A stretch of 62,929 nucleotides of DNA, the filler included, from Perkinsus chesapeaki ATCC PRA-425 (taxonomy: Eukaryota > Protista > Perkinsozoa), in the NCBI GenBank assembly GCA_013115145.1. It is 9 parts of 9 records of this genome, joined end to end, with 100 filler letters (N's around TTAATTAATTAA, not from the genome) between each part and the next. Parts side by side here need not be neighbours in the genome. Positions count along the whole stretch, not along the records: positions 1 to 20,398 come from JAAPAO010000620.1; 8 more parts are not named here. One strand, given 5' to 3'. The notes under the pieces are model-generated. The model was not told where the DNA came from and made no database searches. It was given only the letters and a program-made list of their open reading frames with translations. This document shows, in pieces, positions 1 to 12,799 of this stretch (position 1 is its first letter; each line of letters opens with the position of its first letter). Both the position numbers and the translations under genes were made by a program.

Positions 1-192
1 AATGAATGACTCAAATTCTTATGAAGTTGCCGAGTTGTCACTGGGAAGAACTGTTCTTGAGCCACAAGACGCTGCAATTTTTAATTAAATTAGTTTTGTT
101 TCTCCTCCCTGGGAATTGGCAATCTGATTATACGTGTGCACCCTCATGATGCGGCGTAATCGAACGTAATAGCATCGCGTGCGTCAGTCTGT

Positions 193-636
193 GTGCGCGC
201 CCCCGCGGAAGGTCCGTACGACGCGCGACCCAATAGTGGGGGTGACCTGGGTCTCGATGCGCGCCTTCGCTCCATAGATTTAACTCCTGTGCAGGAGTTG
301 ACTCGGAAAACTGGAGCCACACGAAAACCACTAGCAACACTCTCAGTGAAAGCGACTTCCGGAAATCCTTTTACTTGGACTCTTGAGAGCCGGACACCCC
401 AACTCGGATTCGATGTCGAGGTCGAAATTCCCTTCTTGTTCGATTATTTCTACACTACTGTAATGGCCAAGAGCAGCACAAACCCTAGCGGCATTAGGAG
501 TGAGTTGGCGTTTCTAGTTGGCAGCTCCGTGCATGGCAAAAGCAGTACTGCTGCGTATAATGAACTTGAGCTACTCAGAAGTAGTTTTCGGAGTGTGGAA
601 AGACTCCGGAAATCTGCAGTGCTGGGGTTCGGTTAA
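193..636 (+). CDS. Hypothetical ORF (147 aa), no recognised domain
   Basis: Open frame with protein-like composition, but a non-ATG start and no motif recognised. Confidence 0.2.
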   Translation: MRAPAEGPYDARPNSGGDLGLDARLRSIDLTPVQELTRKTGATRKPLATLSVKATSGNPFTWTLESRTPQLGFDVEVEIPFLFDYFYTTVMAKSSTNPSGIRSELAFLVGSSVHGKSSTAAYNELELLRSSFRSVERLRKSAVLGFG

Positions 637-1269
637 ACTGAATACTTCAACGCATTCCTCGGAAAATGTGCTTACTCGGATCGTTAGTCTGAGTCCGAGT
701 TGTCGTGTCTTTGCAAAAACCTCCTACCACAATTCACAATGCGGTGCGAACCACACGGTCACAACTGCGCTCAGCCCAGTTGGCGTCAGCCTGGCTCCAG
801 AGCAAAAACCACCATATAGATGAGAGGATCTATAGTGAGTGCTGGAAGTTCCAGCCTGCAACTCACTACTAACGGACTACGAACCACTGACATATACGGT
901 TCCAGTTCAAACTACAGACAGGAAATAGCAATGTTATGACGAGATAGTATCTCAATATATCAGTATAAAGCAATCCGTCGGATTGTTCTATAGCCCAAGG
1001 GCGGGTGTTGTCGAGTTCGATACAGTTGGGTGGAATATTGTGTATGTGTATCAGAACTGCAGAGGACTAGGCCAGCCTGACGCTAGCCTAGCGCAACTTG
1101 TGTCTATGCTAGGCCAAGTAGTCCCATTTTATTTGGTTCTAGCGTGAAGGATGTGTTCTAGAAGACATTACGTTTCAATTTTTCAATTTATTTCGTGTTG
1201 AGTTTCTCAACTGTTGGTGTGTTGTTCTATCCTTTTCAATTGGGAGTATAGTTTATTCTATAACCAGCT

Positions 1270-2202
1270 CAATGGCAACTCTTCTCCCGCTTCGTAATTG
1301 CGTTCTCAGCCCCCAGGAGCGTTACGACAATGTCGTGATGAGATAATCCTGGCTCTTCTCTCATGGGAGACACAGGCCAAGAATTCAGAAGAGAGCAAGA
1401 GGTATACTTAGAAAGCCTTCGGTGAAGCAGTGCTGGTAATACTCTCAAGTATCGTGGTCTTAATGTTCAGCATTACTCGTAGGTTATGAGGGAGGACAGG
1501 GCTCTGGTGTTGAGGGATTCCTTCAGTGTCTGCCAAATCTGCAATTACATCCGAAACTGGAAGCAACGTGGTCGCCCGTCTCCAGAAGACGTGCGTGCTG
1601 CTGCGGAGAAGGAGCTGCGGGAAATCATGACATCGGGCACAACCACTTCAAGGAGACCTACCACAGTAGTGAGTTATCGATGCTATCGTGCAGAACCTCG
1701 CTTTATTGGCTTGATTGATGGAGCGTAATACGTTCCAATAATACGCTCAACGTATGTAGTGTTGAAGGGCGTTTTGCCGCTGGCGAATAGAGCTGATTTC
1801 ACTGACTCCAGAAGGCACATATCGTGGAATGTCCAAGCTTTCTTGGGCTCTGACAATCTGTGGGCATGGGTCAATAGCTCCAACGTGGGTTCTGCTCGTG
1901 ATTTGTCCGTTCCGTTACGGAACTTTCGGAACTTCCGTAGTCTGAAGAGATCGTGAGAAATTTGAAACGGTAATCTTCGATTGAAACCCCCAGAGAAGAG
2001 TGCGAGAGCAGTCTTGGCGTGCTTCTGTCTACATAATTCCCAGACTCTCAGAGGAGAGTTCGATGAGATTGAAGACAATGAGGGAGAGGACTTGGGAAGA
2101 GTTTGAAGAGGGGGAGATTGAGCCGGCTCAGCCGGCCCGGCTGCTGAAGCACTGGCGGGTATCGAGTGCCGAGATGCTTACGTAGCGGAGTATTTTCTGT
2201 AA
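1270..2202 (+). pseudogene. Degenerate PIF/Harbinger transposase (DDE_Tnp_4 / HARBI1-like)
   Basis: Ordered Harbinger motifs: FIGLIDGA*YVPI (cf. IGAIDGTHIPI), SWNVQAFLGSD...GSARD (cf. SLNVQ..D...PGS.HD), KPPEKSARAVLACFCLHN (cf. P.K...II.AC..LHN) and terminal RDAYVAEYFL*. Contains stops, an internal deletion and frameshifts. The 5' boundary is approximate. Confidence 0.7.
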
Positions 2203-2710
2203 GTGTATGATATGGTACAGTTCATTAAGCCCTTCTAACCTCAAGGGCCCTTAGTGATGTAAATTACACAAATAAGCTGTTTGGGGCGAGCGACAGTCAC
2301 ACAGTGTGACTCACACTTCATTTTACTTGGTACTCGCGCTTTGATTAATGAATAAGTATCTGGGTCGAGTGATCTCGTCGCTTTCGAGAGTGCACCGAGA
2401 CACTCGGCCCATTCGCCGAGGTCGCTACGGCGGCCTCCGGCCCGCGCCCCACCGCCAGGGAGAAAAGGCCGGGTAAGTGCGGTCAACTCGTTGGGCTGGT
2501 TTACTCGGCCGGGACGCCCCGTTGCGCAAGATAAGGGGACAGAAGCTGCGTTGTCTAGCGTGAGTGTTGCAGCACTCGTGCTGGTAGTCTCACCCTCCGA
2601 TACCCAGTTGCAGTAATTATCCCCTTTTATTAATTATGCGCCCCAATATTAAATTACGTGCCCCAGAACGATCAGCTCAACCAACCAATGATTTAGCAAT
2701 CTCACACATG

Positions 2711-5700
2711 TTAAGGTTGCATGATACCGTTCTCCAAATCAGCGAGTGAAATGTTTGCCGACTCGCAGAACTCGGTCAACATTTTCGTGTAATCCTCGTC
2801 GATAGACTGGTCCTCGGACGGGGAAGCAACATCTGCCTTCTCGACTGCACCCTGAAAACCAGCTTATATCGGGAAAAGTTCTCCCTGACGGACGCGCGTA
2901 TTTAGTCCCTCGAAGAGCAGATGTGATCAAAGTCTCCCGAAAGATCGGCTTAAAATCGCTCCGTTTTCGGTACCGTTTCCTGTTGCGGTTTGGAGCCTCT
3001 AAGGCTCGCTTTCCGTTTAGTCGCTAGTTCAAGTCGCATGTACTGCCGATCAAGGATTTCACGGAGGATCTGTAACGATGCGTCAACCATCAGTGTCAGC
3101 AACGATGTTATCCCCGATGTATTATAGCTTGATACCTCCTCCTCTCTCTCGGGACCATCAGTCAGACTCGACGGTAGTTCGAGGATGTGCAAGTGGCCAT
3201 ACTCGTCGCCAACTGCTAGCAACGGCTGTCCCTGAACCAATCAGTCCTCGCACACGGCAAGCAAAATTGAAAAATTGATGGTACAGCATTTATGACGCAC
3301 CTCTGGGGAAAAGGTCATAGTGGTGAGGGCAACTGCTGTTATCGTATGTGACATCATAGGCTTGTGACTCTGATCGGTGAAGTCCCAAACGTCCATTGCA
3401 CCGTCAGCTTTACCCAAATAGATTACCTGAAAGAAGTCCACCTTGAAATCCAAGACTACAGAGATCGGGATGACTGAAGTGGAGAGGAACGCGACTTTGG
3501 AGGTGGAAGGACAGAACTGGAACTTGCGAGACGGGAAGTAAGGTATACAGCACCCCTATCATAGGGGCTCTATGTATCTCAGGTAGCTAGATACCCTCAG
3601 GTTCATGTTCACGTCCTCTCCTTGTAATCCATTGGGTCTTACTCCGGGCCGAGTTGGCGAGAACGATCCGCACGAATAGTAGCTATTCGGGGAGCTGCTG
3701 CGGAAGATTGCTTCGCTCAGTGTCGGTTGCATGAACTCGGCTGGTCGCTCAGATCCGTCCATATCATCTGTCACAGCGGCGTCGTGAGGCCTGGACGCCG
3801 AGGGCTCCGAGGGTCCAATGTACCAGAGGGAGAACTCCCAGTCAGATACCATCAAAAAAAGGTCCTGAGATGAGTATAGTCTACTCAGTAGACTAAAGAC
3901 TAGATGCGCCATGGCGAACGAAACTGCTGGAGAGTATCGAACCAATTTCGTACTTCTGTGTCACAAAGTACCATAAATCCCTCAACTTACGGCGATTGTG
4001 TTAGAGCTAGCTAGTTGCAGGAGGGGACGAAACGTCTTGTTAGCCTCACAGAGGGATTTAACAAAACTATCAAATGAAAATACACCAACACTAACGCAGC
4101 TCACCTACTCGGGCTTCTTATCGCCGCTAGTTCGAGGAGCCCAATCACCGTATATGAGCTCGCCTTCCTCCGTGGTTGCGAAAAAGCTGCTCAGCGATGC
4201 TCCGTCGTGGCCCTGATTACGGACCTTGCTATATTCAACAATAGGGCGGATGACCTCTCTTGGCTGACAGCTCAGGTTCATCGAAAGTATCGGTAGGATA
4301 TGCGTGCAACCCATCTCTGTCCCCGAATCCTGTCTCTGCAATTGGACCCTATGGATCGGCTTCCATACAAAATCATGTTCGCCTGAAGCGTTCTGTGGCG
4401 GGGCTACCTTACTGTGAGGCTACCTCGAACCACAGCGTCTCGTGCACTCTGAAAGTCCCACAATAGGATCTGTCCGTCTCCCGCGATGGTGACGAAAAAC
4501 TTGACCTTCTCGGATGAATCCTCTGACATAACCACGATTATTTCCGCACTCAACATATGCCGGAGATGGGTTTTGAGAAATTACGCTCCTGCAGGTGTCA
4601 GAAGCGTCTGAACCTAAGTGCCCGGGGAATTCATAAATTTCTATAATTATTAACTTAGGGTCACCAGCTACCGGAAAGTAACTACCAGTGGCGCGTTCAC
4701 GCAAAAGTTTGCAGAGATTCCCTGCACTTCGCTTATTTACTCAATGTACCACAAGTAGTGCGCCACATATTATCAGATAATAGGAGGTCTTCGGTTAATA
4801 GGTGGTTCGGTGGTGATAATAGGTTGATCAGAGGAGGTCTTATTTTGTCATGTTTATATTAAATCTTAGAGTGTACATAAACGCTCGGTAGCTCCGCTAC
4901 CGTGGAAGAATGTGAACGTGTTGTTGAGAATTGGCAAGCGCGGTTCACTCGGTTTGCTCAAGGTTCAACCAAGGCGGTTGCAGGGCTAGACTGGTGCCAT
5001 CCAGGCTTACCATTCTCATCCTCGGTATCCGCATTTCCTCTCTTATCGACACAGCTGCCCTTGCGTACAACATCCACCCAATGTGGTAGCCAGGCGATCG
5101 ATGTACAAGCTCGCTTGTGTGATTCATCGATAGTCGATAGAAGCCTATATAGAGGAAGTCAACAGCATCAAAGGCCTTGATCCAAAGCTTGCAAGGCAAC
5201 AGAGGGAAAAGCCAACACGCGGCGGTGAGGGAAGAACAGTGTAAATGGCCGTATCACCATATTACTGTCTACAGCGCTGTGAACTCCACAGTGTGAAGTA
5301 TGATATGATTTTAATCCCATCGCTTAGTCAATCATTAATGTGATTATACAGTGTGATATGCAGCCAATTCGCAATAACGGCGACATCTAGATCTATAAAA
5401 TGCTCTCTCAAGGTGAGAAACATGGCGATGGCACCCAGAGACGCCGCTCACTTGTGATTGATTTGGAGGACGGTCCTGGACTTGGCCACAGACTTCTCCT
5501 TTTCCTTCTTCGTCTCTTTATCCTTTTTCTTTCTCGGGACCTTACCGCGCTTTGCTGAGGTGATACCCAGCTCTTGGTCAGTCAAGCGCCAGAGTGCCAA
5601 CTAAGTTACGCCGAGTTATGCGAGTCAGAAAGCTGAGCGGAGCGGAGCTACCTGACCGGTTACCAGCCCTCCGATCACGAACCGTCTATCCGTTGGGCAA

Positions 5701-7249
5701 AAAGAAAATGTCGAGACTTCATTCGGTGAGTGAAGTGCAGCATGTGGTGAGAGAGAGTCGTGGAAAGACCAGAGCAAAATACAGGAGGGACGCGGCTGAG
5801 AAAACAAGTAACTGTCATCTGTTATATGCGAATGAGCTGTTGTTGTTGTTGCACCACTGCTCTTGTTGTGCATCTAGGCTGATCGAGATATCATTCCTAG
5901 TATACTGTAGTGATACGATATAGCAGCTGCAAAAACGATGCCGTATTATAAAATCTCGTAATACATCCAAGAAGATTTTCTCGTGCCCATTTTGCAGTTG
6001 CAAATGTATTCGCAGATTGTGCCCGCGGGCCCGGTGTTTTTATTCTGCACAGTGGAAGCTTGGAAGCCGGCAATGTTGCTTTCGCAGAGTCAACGCAAGC
6101 AAATTATTACTACGGTAGACGGCCTCCCAAGCGTAGCGAGCAGTCTTAGTGGTATTATAAGTTCTGATTTTACGACTTCAGTCGCCTACCTTTCCAGCAT
6201 TTTGTACTTTCTGTCCAAATGTGAGGTTATGAAGATAGGAGACCGCTACGACATCTGGCTCTCCTGGGACCCAGTTGATACATTCTGCTCGCTTATTACG
6301 AGTATAAGTCACATCGTGGAAGTTGCGGATCTGAACCCACCAGTGCTGCTGCACCAACCTAGCAGCTGCACGCAGAAGCTACCTCAGCGATACCTGTTTC
6401 TGTACCAGATCCCAGGCTAGCGTCCAACTGAGCCGCACGACCATCGTCGACGCCTGTCTCCACAAGTGGATTTCGCAGTAGTATATTTTGCTGTACCCAA
6501 GTTGTCGAAGTCCCGAGCGAAGACATCTATGGTTTCATTTTGCTGAAGTGCTTCCTCTATGGCAATGGCGATTTCTGGTTTCTGCAGGAATTCCGTGAGC
6601 GCGGCCAAGCTGGTTTGACCATCAGCCCGTGGCTCTGCAGCGGACCCTTGAGCTGTGTACTGTAAGCCTATAAAGAGCCGCATATAAGGTTGATGCAGAA
6701 GAGAGAGCCCACCTGCATTCACCAACCCGTAGTGGATCGTCTGCGCCGCCTCACTGTGTGTTTGCGGCGACGCTTGCACCGAATGTTCGATAACGCGTCT
6801 TTGTGCGACGGAAGGATGCTGAGTTATCGAGTCCGCATCTGCATCGGCATCCTTGGACCTAGGCTGCTTTGGTAGCGTGAACTTGAATGACACAGGCTTC
6901 TTCGTATCTTGCACACGACAGCAGCGACTCAAGTCCCCTCCTCCGGCCAGGACCAAGTGACGTCTTACAACTGGAGAAGCGAATCGGGCGTCCGAACTCC
7001 GAGGCATGTCTGGTAGCGATGTAACGAGTGAGCGGTTTATTGTAAGTCAACGTGCGTCCGCGGACTTCAACATCGGTTTCGTGATGAGTCTCGCTATGCC
7101 ATGCTTGAGAGGCGGCAATAGGTATATCTTTGAGGACCTTAAGTGAAGGATTTGGGCCTATGTGTTTATCTGCTCCCCACCTTATCATGGAAAGTTAGCT
7201 CCTTGCGGCCCTTGTTGAGGCGATGCTCAGGAGGAGACCAGGTGGCCAT
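2711..7249 (-). CDS. DNAI3: Axonemal dynein intermediate chain, WDR63/IC140-like (multi-exon)
   Basis: Exon peptides ILLWSFHDSLSPHAALHSPNEVSTFSFCPTDRRFVIGGLVTGQV, EEGELIYGDW, FLMVSDWEFSLW, SFSPTRPGV, DGAMDVWDFTDQSHKP and LLAVGDEYGHLHILELP follow the WDR63 WD40 pattern in order. Probable start MATWSPPEH at 7249; last exon ends ...NGIMQP* at 2711. Confidence 0.85.
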
Positions 7250-7354
7250 GGAGTAAGAGTAAACTATAAAGGGTCCTCTGTCCCAGCGAAACCGATCGCC
7301 GAATTCTCCCAACACACTTGAATGGATGAATTTGTACTGTTGGTTTTATCAGTT

Positions 7355-10300
7355 TCACTTCTCTGCCTTGTAGACAGAGAAAGACCTCGTCACAAAGCGA
7401 CTTCGGGTTTCAGCCAAGATGCTGGAGACCATTACAGTCACACTGGACCAGTGCCACTAGTACTGAATTATACCAGTAACCACAACTACAACCGTAGCGG
7501 TGATGATGATGACACTCAACACGAGACTACCGTACATTTAAATGACATCAGATAAAGTTGGTAACATCAAAGCATGTAACAACATCAACCACACAACTAC
7601 ATGTGCAAAAATCTATCAACAACAAGATATAACTCAGGACAGCTTCCTCCAGGAGCTGCCTTCTCGCGCCGTCCAATGGTTCCCCTTCACACGAGGGGCC
7701 ATACGAGATGTCTGTGTGGAGACTGATGAATCTGGAAATGAACTGAGCACACAATCGGGGACAGCCCGCCCCACCGTTGCTCGAAAATCTCTTGCGGTTG
7801 CGAATAACCTTCCACTCCCCCTCTTCCGAGGTTTGCGAGGCAGAGATGCCGCTGATGCCTTGGTACACCGTGGAGACCGATGTGAACTTCGCTGGATCCG
7901 AGGCTAATATACGATAAGTCTATCAACACTTTGGCCGCGCGGTGGTACAGTAAGCTGCGACGATCCTTTTCATTTCACTGACGTACAAGTCTCCTTTTGG
8001 TTTTTTTAACATCATACTTCTGAGCTTCGCAATGAGAGGGTCTTCCTCATCAGGGAGATTAATGACCTTCAGAAAGCTACCAGTTAATGTGATGGCATCC
8101 TTGCTAACCTTGAACTTTATAAACAACTCGACCAGCTGCACGGCGGTCTCGAGAAGGCCACAGGTCACCGCGCTGCCCAGTAGAGTCTCAACTGTCTGCC
8201 GATTGATGACGTCCACTCTGTTTCGTGGTGCCAAGTTACCTACGAAAGAGCGCTAGCCGCGTGAGAAGTGCCGGAGAAGTCATACGCGTATTGGCGGTGC
8301 TCTTGGGCACCGATGGCTGCGGGTGATCCGGCTGAAGGTTACGCATATGCCGACCGATCATGCTGCCACAAATCCTTAAGGTCACTCCACCATTGCGCTG
8401 CCTAATCTGACAAAGCCCAGCGTTACTCGCCAACATGGAAGATCGTGCGTTACTGCTTGCTGAGCTAGCTGTGTGTAGAGTCTTAGTTCGGGAATGACAC
8501 CATATTCTTCCTCCATCTTAACCTGAACACGCTTAATATATTCATCTTCATAACGATCTTATTCCTAGTCATTTATCTCATACTCTCTTATAATATGCAT
8601 ATTAATAGATGCCGTCACAAAACTCCCGATCGCCTCATCCCCTACATCTAGTAAGTTGAGACACTCTTCGAAGACTGCGTTGTATTTCTCCCTCAGCTCC
8701 TCGGCAGTGCTCTGCGATGGTTGATCTCCTATAGTAGCAAATATGACCTTCATAAGAATACTGAACGTCGCGCTGGAACCGGAGACCTGACAATGCCAGA
8801 TCATGACGACGCAACGACGGAATTCTTCATACCGCTCTTCGTTTCATTTCTGCCAAAATAGCACTCGCGAGCTGCCGTCTCTCCTTGAATGGCGCCAGTG
8901 ATGCCAGGACAGGAGTGCAACAGCCGAGGAGAAGGTTGTTGAAGATTATCTCATCCGGGTCAAACCCAGCGTCCTGCACGAAGGCCTCCGATTGAAATGC
9001 AATGGAGAAACAATCTCACCAGCATCTCCTTCAGCAGACCTAGGCTGACATTGGCTCTCCCGCAATCGCAATTAACTTTGATAAGAATCGAAAACGTTAT
9101 CAAATCAGGTGCCACCCCACAGTTCTTCATCTCATCGTATCTGCATCCATTTCCAATACTGTGTAGCTACTTCCACCTACACGGTCATCGCCGCGTCAAC
9201 TTGGCCGTCTTTTGCATGCCCCTTGATAAGCGTTGTGTACATAACCTATAACTTTGCCTGTCCAAGTGGAAGACTATAGGAGCTCTCACTGTATTCAGCG
9301 CGAAGCCGTCACTCTGATCGGAGCCGCCGATATTCTGCCTTTGGCGCATTTCTTGGAACACTTTCTTGGCGCGTGACATGTCACCGGCATTTATACAGCA
9401 ATCGAGGAATATGCCATACGTGACGACTGTTGGGAAGATCTGAGACCGGACTCGAGAGCTGATCCGAGTCTGAGAGCTTCTCGCTACCTCTTGGGACTTC
9501 ATTTGCTTCATCAGATGGGCGCACTTGATGACATCGCCAATTCGGGCATGCCTGAAAGAAGAGTGAGATACTTATGCGTAGAAGAGTTGCCAACTCCTTA
9601 TTAAAAGGGAGTCTACCGAAAAGTAGCTGTGCGGAGGGGTCGTACTGGTCTCGCCTTTCAGAAGAGGGAAGTGTTATCCACTAACAGTATCCTATCCCTT
9701 TACCCCGCATACTGCCACTATCAAGAGTCTTGATTCAAGACACTATAGATCTTGTTGCACTATAACATAATTTTATATTTACTAAATTGTAGACAGATGT
9801 GTTAAAGCAAAACCGCTTTGGGTTCACAGATTTACGATGCATTCCTGCTTCAAACATGGAGCTCCTCCTCCTCCTCGTCGTCGTCATCGTCGTGGTGGTA
9901 GTGAAGGTCTGCCAGAATGCACCCCGGGCCTTACTAGTGCACCTTCATCTATATACCCAACTCTCAGCTCTCATAACGGTCAGTTCAAATCAAGTTTCAT
10001 GTCGATGTGGGCGGCGGCGATCTCTACGCGAGTTGCTATAGGCTTTAATTCCCTTACGTCGGAAGATCCAATACCAACTTCCTGTACCGCTTCGGATACG
10101 GCGACATTGAAGGTCCAAAAACAAACTAAAGTTTAGTTTGTTTTTGGACCTTCAATGCTTTTATTTAGCATTGCTTTCAATGCATTTTTCAATGGGTTTA
10201 GTTACTAAACCCGTCTAGATATTATTATGACCAATAATATCTTTCCCTCACCGCAATAATTAATTTTTGTCAGTCGCTTGTCTGCTATGGTATATTATCT

Positions 10301-12063
10301 ACTACTAGTGTCCTATCCCTTTAACCTACCTACTGCCACTATAAAGCCATTATAGCCACTGATGGTCCCCTACAGCACGATTCCTTCCCCAATACCCACC
10401 CTTTCATCACAGTGTTGTACGTCACAACATCTGCAGCTCCTCCTCCTCTTCGGTCCTCCTCCTCCCCCCCCTCGCCAATAGGTTTAGCCATCTCATCTAG
10501 TAGTGACTCCGCCATATCAAGTTCCCGTCGATTCACGCACCCGCTGATAACACTGTTGCATCTGCCAACAGGTAGCGATCCTCTCCAGCCAGCTTGACCT
10601 GCCCCCTACGTCACAACGTCAAGCGGCAATCCTGTCTCTCGCATGCTTTGTATGACCCCGACCGCCTTATCAGCTTCTCCGCTATACGCATAGCACTTAA
10701 CCATATTACACAGATCCTACAAGGTAACTGCCGACTCTATCGCTCCTGTCATCACCTTGGGACTCGGACCGTCTACAGTGGACTTAAGCCGGTCGAAATA
10801 CAACTCGCAGATTTCCAAATCTTTCGCTTCAACTGAAAAGCACAATTCTGATAAATATGGATACTTCAGCAAACACCTGCGCAGAGCAATAGGCAACTAT
10901 TAATGGTCTTGTCCAAGACAGGTGACAGCCCTAGCTCCGACTCCAGGAGTTTCCGGTGGATCCACAGACACTGAGGAGGCACATTCGCCATTTCAGGGCT
11001 GGCGGCGAGCACCTTCTTGTAGAGATGCTTTGAGGTGCACATCTTCGTTATGCTGATGAGAGTGTCGATGGGGATATCCAAACCAAGCTGAACGAACAAC
11101 AAACACGATTGAGTGTGGCAGGGAGGTTCGAATATCATCACACAGGGATACTCTATAATGCTTATAAATCTAAATAAGCAAGCGTTAGTGAAACCAAAAT
11201 GACTATGACAGCTAACCACCACTGGATGGCACCATTGGGCCTTCTAGCGGCTCCTCTATACCGTCGTGAGTGATCCACGAAAGTAGCCTATTGCTTACCT
11301 TCACCATATCTCTCAGTACTTCCTCAACTTCAATCCGCTCCTCCCTATTCCCACTAGAATCGGTCATCACTTCGCCCTCTCGAAGAGACCGCGGGCTACT
11401 GCAGACTCTCACAGCCGCCAGGCAGAGTGACGATAACATTTCCGTGATCGACGCTCGGACATCCTCGGCGTTCTGCGAAACCTGAATTGGTAAATTCAAC
11501 CGCCAGACGAAGTGGCTGCAGTTCGCACCTCGCCCAGAAGGTCGCTGAGTTCGCCAGAGGCAATGAGTCGACGGTACATGAAGACCGCCGCATTGAAGCG
11601 GCTCCCTGTGAGCCTTGTTATAGTGGTAACGGTCTCGGTAACCTGGGCAACAGTTCATAACCGGATTTTAGAGCAAGTCCCTACCGATGGGGCATGCTCG
11701 CATTCTAGAACCATGTTATTCGAGCAGGGTTCATGAGACATGGCGTCCAAGGCAGCGGTATTGGGGCCTGAGTGCGCTTGAAATGAGCGAATGAAGGGGT
11801 TAGGACTGCTGACCTGATTTGGTAGGGGCGTAGAGAGTGGTTCGTAAAGAGCTGCTTTGGGAAACAATCAGACAGAGAACTATGGCTGTGCCTATTATGA
11901 GTTCGATCCACATGGATTCTACAACTTCCGCAATAATAAGAGATATTGATTCGCCCAACGAGAAGCGTGGTGAGCTTTCAGCGTCTGACAAGTCGTGGAC
12001 TGCTGCTTCGGTGGCTAGCAGGATCGATAGGATCCAAATGGCTCTGATGTGGCTATGAGGCAT
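7355..12063 (-). CDS. Pentatricopeptide repeat (PPR) protein with N-terminal signal peptide and transmembrane segment (multi-exon)
   Basis: PPR motifs ADVVTYNTVMKGWV, PTVVTYGIFLDCCINAGDMSRAKKVFQEM and ELDMAESLLDEM. N-terminus MPHSHIRAIWILSILLATEA...WIELIIGTAIVLCLIV. A predicted 45-nt intron joins the in-frame ORFs 7923-8234 and 7548-7868. The 3' end is approximate. Confidence 0.75.
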
Positions 12064-12724
12064 GACAGAGAACGAGACAATACTGCAATTAACCTTGAAC
12101 CAGCTCCCGGTGGGGAAGTTGCGCTGATTGGGGTGAGCGCTCGAATATTAGAAAATTAAGGAAGCTCAAGCGTGCAAGATTTAATTTTTTTACAGTGGAA
12201 TCCACTGAAGCGGCTGCCGGGGCCGAACGCACGCACATTTCGGGTTGAACGTCCGCACACGCGTAGGGAAAGGTATACTATGGTTGATCAGCGGGCCTTC
12301 GGCCCGCTATGGTTTTCAAGCTTTCAATTATCCATAATACCTCGCATTGGCCGAATTGGAGAAAAACCCAGAAAACGACCGGGAGTGGGTATCGAACCGG
12401 CGAGTTTGTGCAATTGTGCACGCGTGCAGCGAAACGAGCCATGTTCAGCTTAGTACGCTCTGCCCGGGTTCTTCTGGGAACGATTATGGCGCTTTGTGTG
12501 TGTTCATTCATTCGAATTACGGTGTTTTTAGTTCTTTCACTCTGATGTCCACACTGTCACAGTGCCAGGCACTGTCATCTCCAACGGAACCCTTTTGCAC
12601 GGAATTTCCATGATGGAAAGAATCGAAACAACCGAAGCTACGCTCAGTGTTGGGTATAGATGATACGCTGTTGAGTTGCACTTATTACATGGAAGCCGGG
12701 GCAATCATAGTCATGATGCTGATG

Positions 12725-12799
12725 GATCTAGTAGCGGAGAAGGTTAAAGTGTTCTGTTGTCAAGCGAAAGGTCGTGGGTTCGATGCTTGGTCGGGGACC
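12725..12799 (+). pseudogene. Degenerate tRNA-like sequence (Asp-GTC-like) or tRNA-derived SINE head
   Basis: A-box-like TAGCGGAGAAGG, TT-GTC-AA loop and B-box GGTTCGATGC, but the stems pair poorly. Confidence 0.4.

Noticed and set aside
7548-7868. NUDIX box in GEPLDGARRQLLEEA
   Set aside because: Spacing does not fit GX5EX7REUXEEXGU, and the segment is better explained as a distal exon of the PPR gene.
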